Source: Kudoa neothunni
Taxonomy: Eukaryota; Animalia; Cnidaria
Direction: 5' to 3'
Assembly (NCBI GenBank): GCA_964304625.1
Contig: OZ199839.1
Span: 2,637,787 to 2,684,318 of the forward strand
DNA length: 46,532 bases
Made by a program: the position numbers and the translations under genes
Notes under the pieces: generated by a model
What the model saw: only the letters and a program-made list of their open reading frames with translations
Told to the model about the DNA's origin: nothing
The model's database searches: none
Shown here: positions 39,273-46,532 of the stretch, piece after piece
Layout of the letters: every line of letters begins with the position of its first letter
Position numbering within the stretch: position 1 is the stretch's first letter

Positions 39273-41349
39273 AGGTGCCACATTAAATTATAACTATATT
39301 AGTTTTTCATTTAGAGTGCATTAGTGGTACATTATTATGGTAGTTTGTTAGTATTTTGTTTATTTTTTTGTTCGCTTTCGCTATAATTGTCTTATATACT
39401 AATCAAAATTATATTGACTTTTCTGTTCACGCAAATATTTTAATACTAGCGCTAAATCAAAGCTTTGCCTGATAAAGAGATTTTTTGAATATATCTTGCT
39501 TCATTGTCAGGTTTGTTTTTATTTTTCGAGCTTTAACCAATTACACTAATTTAATCATGAACAGGTTTATGTCAAAATCTAAATATAATAATATAATAAA
39601 GTTATCTATTATTTTGAAATTTATTTTACGAATTACTGAAAATAGATGTATTTCTATTAATAAGGAGAACCTTTTAAAAAAAATCGGTTCAACAAAATCA
39701 AATAGTTACGTACAGTGTTATCATTATCGGTACTTTTGATTATTTTTAGAAACAAACCAACATTTTAAGATATCAACTTGGTTTATAAATGCAGTTTTTG
39801 ACGTATAAAAGAATTACGCCAAATATCCATCTTTTCGGATAATTTTATGAAGGATCTTAATCGAATTTTATCCAAACGCCTGTAAGGGAGAATTATACTT
39901 TTGCTATTTAGTATGATTCTAAAGCTATCAAAAAAATACAATCTATTTTCTTAATAAAGCCAAAATTGCCAAGCTCGAAAATCTAATACAACGTTAATTA
40001 AAAAATTCTGATCTACTCGATGATATACATGTGGTTTTATCATGGAAATATACAATAACGATTAACAGTCACTTGATTTTCTCGAAGAACGGCTATCGTT
40101 TAAGGATAATCGTAATATGTTTTTTTATTGGAATATTTTTTGTATTGAGTTATTTTCAAATTAAGCAAAATATAATAATATCGGGTTGATAGAATAAATT
40201 ATTAGTTTCTTGGCTACAAACAGAATAACGCCTAATGAGAGTCAATTGTTTTCTGCTAATAGAAATTAAATTTTTTTAAAGGATTTCTAACCAAAAATAT
40301 ACAAAATTTATAAACATCGTTTGTAACATTTTTCAGAGTCCTAATCATCCTTTTAATAGTTATCAAATATTGGCGGGAAAATTGAGATCTTCATAAAAAA
40401 TAATAGATCATGTTTTATATTTAAAAGTATATTTTGTTTGTTTATATATCCTCAAATATTTTAAATGATGGATATTTGTTTTACACCAAATTTTCTAAAT
40501 TATGAATATTGATATTTTGGGGTTAATACAAGAGATGTGGATTGTTACAGTTGATTTCGATTAGCAGCCAATTTTTTCGTGTAGACAAATTGTTCGTGTA
40601 AATGTCTCAAAATTTTAATCATTATTTGTTCAAATAAACCAAAAGAATTTAGATTTTATTATTGGAGAGCGGATTAACGGATTAAATATAGCTTTCTCAT
40701 CTCGGATACACGCCTGTCATGGATATTGCGTGATTCCATTTTATAGTGAGGTTTTTCGTCGGTCCTACAAAACCCCGCTATATCCAGAGTGGAATATAGT
40801 TTGCTTCCAAAGGCTTGTCAATAAGTTGTAATCGATTAACTCCAAAATGGTTCCATAATAACATAAATCCCTTTCAAATATTGATGAAAAATCCACATTC
40901 CGACTGATTGATATAACTTCATTCTTGCACAAAAATTTTGATTTTTCTTTAATTGAAACGATACTAGCTTAATCAGTTTAAATTATGGTTTCATCGATTA
41001 CCGAGGATTTAAACGCCTTGAAATATAATTCAATTCCTCCTCACAAATCGAGAAATAAATTTACGACATTTACGCCATTAAAATTGGAGTCAAAAATATC
41101 CCCAAGGGTCGTAAGAACGTAGACTTTCTTATAAATTAATAACATAAAATCAAACTATAATAAATCTTCGTACTTTTAAACAACTTCAATAAGATTCACA
41201 CATAGCATTAGCTCCACAATTGATAAATAACATTTGATATATGCTAAAGTACGGTACAGTGGAAAAGTTCACGCGTCCTCGCCTCACTTAGACGAACAAA
41301 TGGATTTTATTAAACAAAAAAATGCGTATTTTTAATGTAAATATGTTCT

Positions 41350-41450
41350 ACTAGCGCACAAACCCCGTTTCGCTTGGGTTTCCTTGCCCGACCACGCTGA
41401 CTTTGGCCTGGAATAGGCCAAGGTCATTTTATGTTAAGAGTCAATTATAA
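41350..41450 (+). mobile_element. 5' fragment of the same HINE-like family as 32077
   Basis: ACTAGCGCACAAACCCCGTTTCGC...TTGCCCGAC...GGCCTGGAATAGGCCAAGGTCATTTTATGTT aligns with 32077-32170. Confidence 0.7.
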
Positions 41451-42123
41451 TTATTTTATCGTTTTTTTTGATGAGAGATTCGAACGAAATTGACATTAAT
41501 AACCCGACCATCTTCACTTCCTTCTTTATTGGACTTTATTTTCATTTAGGAATCATAAGTTCTTGCAACTCGTGCGGCTCATTAATCTCCTATCTAAATA
41601 ACAAATCTTCGTTTACACCGAGTCCCCGGCTTCGCACGAACGAATGTTGTAGAACTTGTTAACTTGGTTTAAAGTGTAAATAGAGTAAAGTTAAAGTTTT
41701 ATTTGTATTTAAATAGTATAAATTATAGTTATTTACACATATCACTGGACATTATAGCGAATCACATGATCAAGTAATCTAGTTATTGTCCGCGCTAATC
41801 TGTTTACAAAAAGTTGACACTACAAATTCACCACTTTATAAGAAAGCAGACAACCCCGTTGTATTTTTGTAGTTAATTTTGTATTTTTTAAAGTATACTA
41901 CGAAACTCAAATAGTTCAAAAAGTCTCTGTATGAGGAGAAGATTACTTGTTTATTATATAATTATATAAGAAATATCGATTTAATTTGTATTTTTATTGA
42001 TAAAAAAATAAAAAATACTGTTATTTGTTTTTTGATAAAATAAAGTTGCAATTAATAATGCCCTTATAAGATATATTTATGCAGAAACACTAATTCACAC
42101 CGAGAAATTTCCAAAACAACGCC

Positions 42124-42162
42124 ATGGTACCATATGGCACCATTCGGTCTTAATTTGGTTAA
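42124..42162. repeat. Isolated piggyBac terminus of the 29931 family
   Basis: ATGGTACCATATGGCACCATTCGG nearly matches 30040-30063 and is followed by TCTTAATTTGG-TTAA (rc TTAACCAAATTAAGACC, compare TTAACCCATTGAGACC). Confidence 0.65.
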
Positions 42163-43825
42163 GAACTGCTGCTCTAAGGTTTTCGGGGTGTAATACAAAC
42201 TAAGGCGAATATCAAACAAACATACCATTCGCTGTAAACAACCGACAAATTTGTAACTCATGTTATTCCTATAAACACATCTGTAATACATGATAATACT
42301 TGAAATATAACAAATTTACTGAAAATATATTTTTTTATCGGAAAATTATCTTCTACGGTTTTTGGGATGTATTTAAACCCAGATTTTTTTCTTTCAAAAA
42401 GACAAGTATATTATTTTCAACATAAATTAAAAGTTTCAGTTGTTCTAAACGGGTATATGACTACAACAATCATGCTTGAAATAACAGTTTTTTGAGTGAG
42501 CTTGTGCGAACCAGAATGCTAAATATTTGGCATGAGCAGCTTTCGCTATTTTAACGATGAATGCTGCTTATATGGTAATGAACAAAACGATTTTGTCACC
42601 AAAGACTTTTAAGGAAATGAAGATAGCATCGAATAGTATTTAATTCACAATAATATATTAGTAAGTAAGTGGTATCACATGTAGCGATATAATTTCATCT
42701 GTAACAAAAGCCATTACCGCATACATTATGGAATCTACTTTTTGTCCTAATTAACACGTTCGATTGAAAATAAAAATATTTGATGACTGTTTTATACTTT
42801 TTTCAATGAAGAATTATGTGCAACAATTATAAAGTACATTAACATGCTTTGCAGAAGACATTTTAAATATGAATGGTTTGATACGGGCAGCGTTAAATTC
42901 AGGGGTTACGTTGGTCTTATTATACCTATGAAGACGCATAAGGATCGGCAAGAGTTTTTATGTGTACTTTTCAGTGTCAAAATAGGCGAAAAAATATACA
43001 GAAGACAGTTTTCATTTCGTTGATTCAGACAGATTAATCGATAAATCCATTTTGATGATTTTGAAACCAGGATTAAGCTAAGGGAAACAAATAAATATAT
43101 TTCACAGATGTATTACTCTAAATCAAGATGTTACGATCGATGAGCATCTTTTGTCATTTTGGGGAAGATGTCCGTTCCGTTTAGGCAATATATGTCGATG
43201 AAACTGACGGATGGAATATTGCCTGAAATTTTTCTTGTTAGTTAACCCGGTCTCTAACTATGGATTAAACATCAGTATCTATATCTATACGAGGGGGAAT
43301 AATTCTGGCAGCACGAGAAAATTTAAGGTTGACGAAAGCATAATTCTTTCCTTATCGGCCCCGCTTTTTTATTTTGGGCGAAACGTGGTAGCTGATGATT
43401 TTTATCCTCATATTCGTTCATCGAAAAATGGATAGATAAAAAGTTCGCTTTCTTAGAAACTATCATGAAAAAAAGGAAATTCCGAGCTGCTTTCTTCCTT
43501 CTCAGAGAAGACATATTTATGGCAACAATTTTGTATTTTATAAAAACTATGTGATGGTTTCGTCTGTATGCAAAAAACCGAGGGCTGTCTGTCATTCAAA
43601 TGACAAATGACATTGCAAACGACTCTGTATCTGATGAAAAAGAAAAATTTGATCCCAAATATATCTTGAACTATATCCGAACTAAAGACAGGATTGATAA
43701 CAGATCTAATGTTTGAACCTGTCTCAGCGAACTGACTTACGATGGGATGTCCATGATGTTTTTTAATATTATTAACCCATCCCTAATTAACGATTTGGCG
43801 TTATATAAGTATATTTACGTCGATA

Positions 43826-45445
43826 CAGTATTTCACGATCAAGATGTAAAAATAATAAACTAAAAAATTCTATATTTAAATAATAGTTTTTGTATTAATT
43901 GTTAATGGGGTTCTTAAGCAGGGATGCTGAAAAGTAAGATTTTGAATATCTCACGTAGCTTTGACAGTTGGTTCCGGTTATTTGGGTCGAACTATTTTTC
44001 ATACATTCAATTAACTCATCGTGGGTTTTTGGTGCCATCCTTTTAACAATTGATTTCAGTTTCCCAAAAACTTCTTTAACTGGGTTAAGAATTGGCAAAT
44101 ACGGCGGTAATAGTAATAGTAATAGCTCGTGGGTACTGTTTTTAATCAAACTTCGAACACACTTAATCTTATGGAAAGCTACGTTATCTGTAATCAAAAT
44201 AGCTTTATCGACAGAATTCGCCCCCAAACTTTCAAAAAGATCTTCTAGAAATGACGAAAACACAGAATGGTTCACATCTCCCTTGTAAATTTTAAGTTTC
44301 CAAATTTTTTTGGCACTCATCGCAGCTATTAGTGATATGTTTTGAGACCTGATGTATTTGACCTTTAAATTTGCTCTCGTCCCAGAAAGTGATCTACCTT
44401 GGGAACTGTTGGATCCAGTAAGGTACGCAAAAGAAAAAGGAGATCCAAGTAAGAACACAAGAGAGAATTGAAAAAAGTGGGACAATTATATGGCTTAAAT
44501 ACAGCGAGGAGCGCCAGTTCCAGAATTCGATGCGGTAAGGAAAAAAAAATGACTAGTGCAGCGAGGGTTCCGTGGGAAAGTAGTATTTCGTCATCGTTCA
44601 TTGCTGTGGTCCATATTCGCCGTATTCCCATGTACCAAATTGTGGAGGAACTGTTGTTGGTTATCTTTGGAGGGAAAACGGGTCATAGGACCAACTTGTC
44701 AGCCGTAGAAATCGAAATTACCGACAACCATATATTTCCCGACTTGTACTCTTATTCTCCCACGGAACATTTGAATGGGAAACTAGTTTAACTTTTCTCA
44801 CGCAGAAAGTCGAAGTTCCCATGACTCAACAGGAACGACGGGTTGATAGGGAAAATCCTGATCAATCGATATACAATGTTTCCGAATACTAGGCCCTAGT
44901 CTTATAAATTCGTTTACATATTTAAAAAATATTAGATAAAATATATAGGTTTATTTTTCAATCGAACCGTAATGAAATTATACTAGCAGAATTCCTATCT
45001 ATAGACAAGAACGATATTTTTTAAGGTATAGTGAAACTCTTTCAGAATTCTATTAATAGTTTGCCGAGAAACGCAAATAGAAAATTTTTGAAAGAATTTT
45101 CTGATAATTGATTGAATGTCAGTGTACAATTCTCATCTCCCTCTGCAAGTAAAAATTGTTTGTTCACTTCAATCAACAATGAGTGGCGATCTCCTCCAGC
45201 TGCTAACCTTTAAAAAAAGTCGATTTCATTCATTCTCTTCACAATTCGACATACTGTAGATTTGGGAATGTTTAATGACTCGAAAATTTGACAATTCGTC
45301 TTTCCAATATTAATTATTTCAATAATCATTTAAAATTTGTGCTCATTTAGACATGATGAGCAATTTTAGTCCTATCTCTGGCATTAACGATCTCGTACTT
45401 TCTCTTATTAGAATTAATATTTTCAATTTGATCAGGTATGCATTT
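43826..45445 (-). mobile_element. Tc1/mariner-IS630 (DDE_3) transposon with pseudogenised transposase
   Basis: HTH LNIPKSTVCRIVKR..GGDR, VSRQTINRILK, ID*SGFSLSTRRS|QGRSLSG...NISLIAAMS, ILITDNVAFHK, LPPY.PILNPVKEVFGKLK. TA-CAGT at the left end; the right TIR is decayed. Confidence 0.85.
44407..44831 (-). mobile_element. Solo LTR (425 bp) of an LTR retrotransposon inserted in the Tc1 transposase
   Basis: TGTTG...CAACA termini with a perfect 5 bp TSD GGAAC (44402-06 and 44832-36). Removing the insert and one TSD restores TRRS-QGRS. More GC-rich than the flanks; TATTTAAG followed by a pyrimidine tract on the minus strand suggests orientation. Confidence 0.9.
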
Positions 45446-46532
45446 ACGTCTTAACTGGATAAAACGTTAAAATTAGCGTGTAATTTGTATCTTGATTGGA
45501 CATGTTTTTACCTTGGACGTGAAATGCTGAATGAATAAAACATGCGTACATTTTTTAGGAAAATTTCTCAATATTTCCACGATACTCTTTCTCTCTAGAA
45601 AAATGCTCACCAAAGTCATAAAATGTATACTAGACAGAAACCATGATGCGAATAAAGCACCCGCTACTAGCAATCTGAAACGATTTAGATGTGTTCTGTG
45701 AAAGAAAAAAGACAGCGAAACGTCACAATGGTGGAAATCTTGTTTCAAACATTACTGCCCCTAATGTTCATCTAACCCTTGTTGTAAATTTAGAAAATTG
45801 CAGATCTTATTATCTTTACAATTTTCTGAAAATCATGTAATAGACTACTTTTTCTAGAATAAAATATTATAGTTTAATTACCGATCATATAGGACTGTCG
45901 TCTATCCTGATAATAAATCAAATTAAAGTTGGATTAACGCGCGTATATTGCCTTGTATTTATGAAAGTTAAGCCCAAAGGATTTGTTTTATAATTTACAA
46001 GTAAAATTGTTATAATATCTCGTATATATTCGGAAAAAAAGTGAAGTTAATAACAACAGATTTCTCTAATCAATACACGCATCATTTTTTCGAACACAAT
46101 GTTCGTAGGGTAAATTTAAAAACGCTCACAAAAAATCGAAATTTTTTCTAGAATGATCAATTATATTTATTTCATTAGTATAAAGATGACAGCAAAAATT
46201 ATTTATTTGGATTAGGTCACGCACATGCGTTATCTTCATGTCTTGAAGCTGTTGGGAGAATAACAAACACGCATCATCATAATTGAAGTTAAATTGTATT
46301 TTTATGAGTATTTTCCGTCCTCAACGAATATTAACATTTTATTGTATACTGATATATGCGTTTTCCTATATCTAGAAATATTCTACATTAATATTTATTA
46401 CTGGAAATTTGCTTATCGGATTAAAATGTTGATATGGTTAATAAAAAACAAATTATTAGTTATAAGAAACCAACCAATCATATAATTTAAATAATAATAT
46501 TAAAATTAACTCATCGAAAATAAAACCAAATT

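Larger units (their letters stand above)
42990..45790 (+). pseudogene. Heavily decayed piggyBac (PGBD4-like) transposase split by a Tc1/IS630 insertion
   Basis: VTIDEHLLSFWGRCPFR..QYM..K, YCLKFF, GRNVVADDFY and NY.RTK..ID before 43821. After 45450: KRFRCVL*KKKDSETSQWWKSCFKHYCP*CS, the C-terminal Cys-rich domain. Confidence 0.75.

Noticed and set aside
40550-41300. Moderately GC-rich block and TACAGTGG pogo-like end
   Set aside because: No sustained ORF, motif or matching second terminus; probably old repeat debris.
44365-44791. ORFs 44468-44791 (+) and 44365-44631 (-)
   Set aside because: They lie essentially within the GC-richer solo LTR and have no recognisable domain.
1-46532. Alternative genetic code or stop readthrough to explain the broken ORFs
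   Set aside because: FNTB, XRN1 and the membrane gene end in TAG, TGA and TAA respectively. Breaks are explained by short introns or TE decay, and internal stops in TEs are of mixed types.

Overview
Very AT-rich eukaryotic DNA using the standard genetic code. Genes have mostly short (~30-70 nt) GT-AG introns with degenerate donors, and conserved proteins are strongly diverged. This fits a reduced animal parasite such as a myxozoan, which is inference only. There are three recognisable housekeeping genes: farnesyltransferase beta (FNTB, +), AFG1/LACE1-like ATPase (-) and a C-terminally short XRN1 (-) with one ~3.8 kb intron. There are two orphan type-I membrane protein genes: one of tandem Cys-rich FN3-like modules (5.7-8.3 kb, -) and one ~1,280 aa coiled-coil protein broken by three +1 frame changes (35.4-39.3 kb, +). 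Much of the rest is decayed transposon sequence: pogo/Tigger, three Merlin (IS1595-like) copies, piggyBac elements and MITE-like ends, Helentron-like non-autonomous elements, and a three-level nest (piggyBac > Tc1/IS630 > solo LTR). No rRNA, tRNA or CRISPR array was seen.
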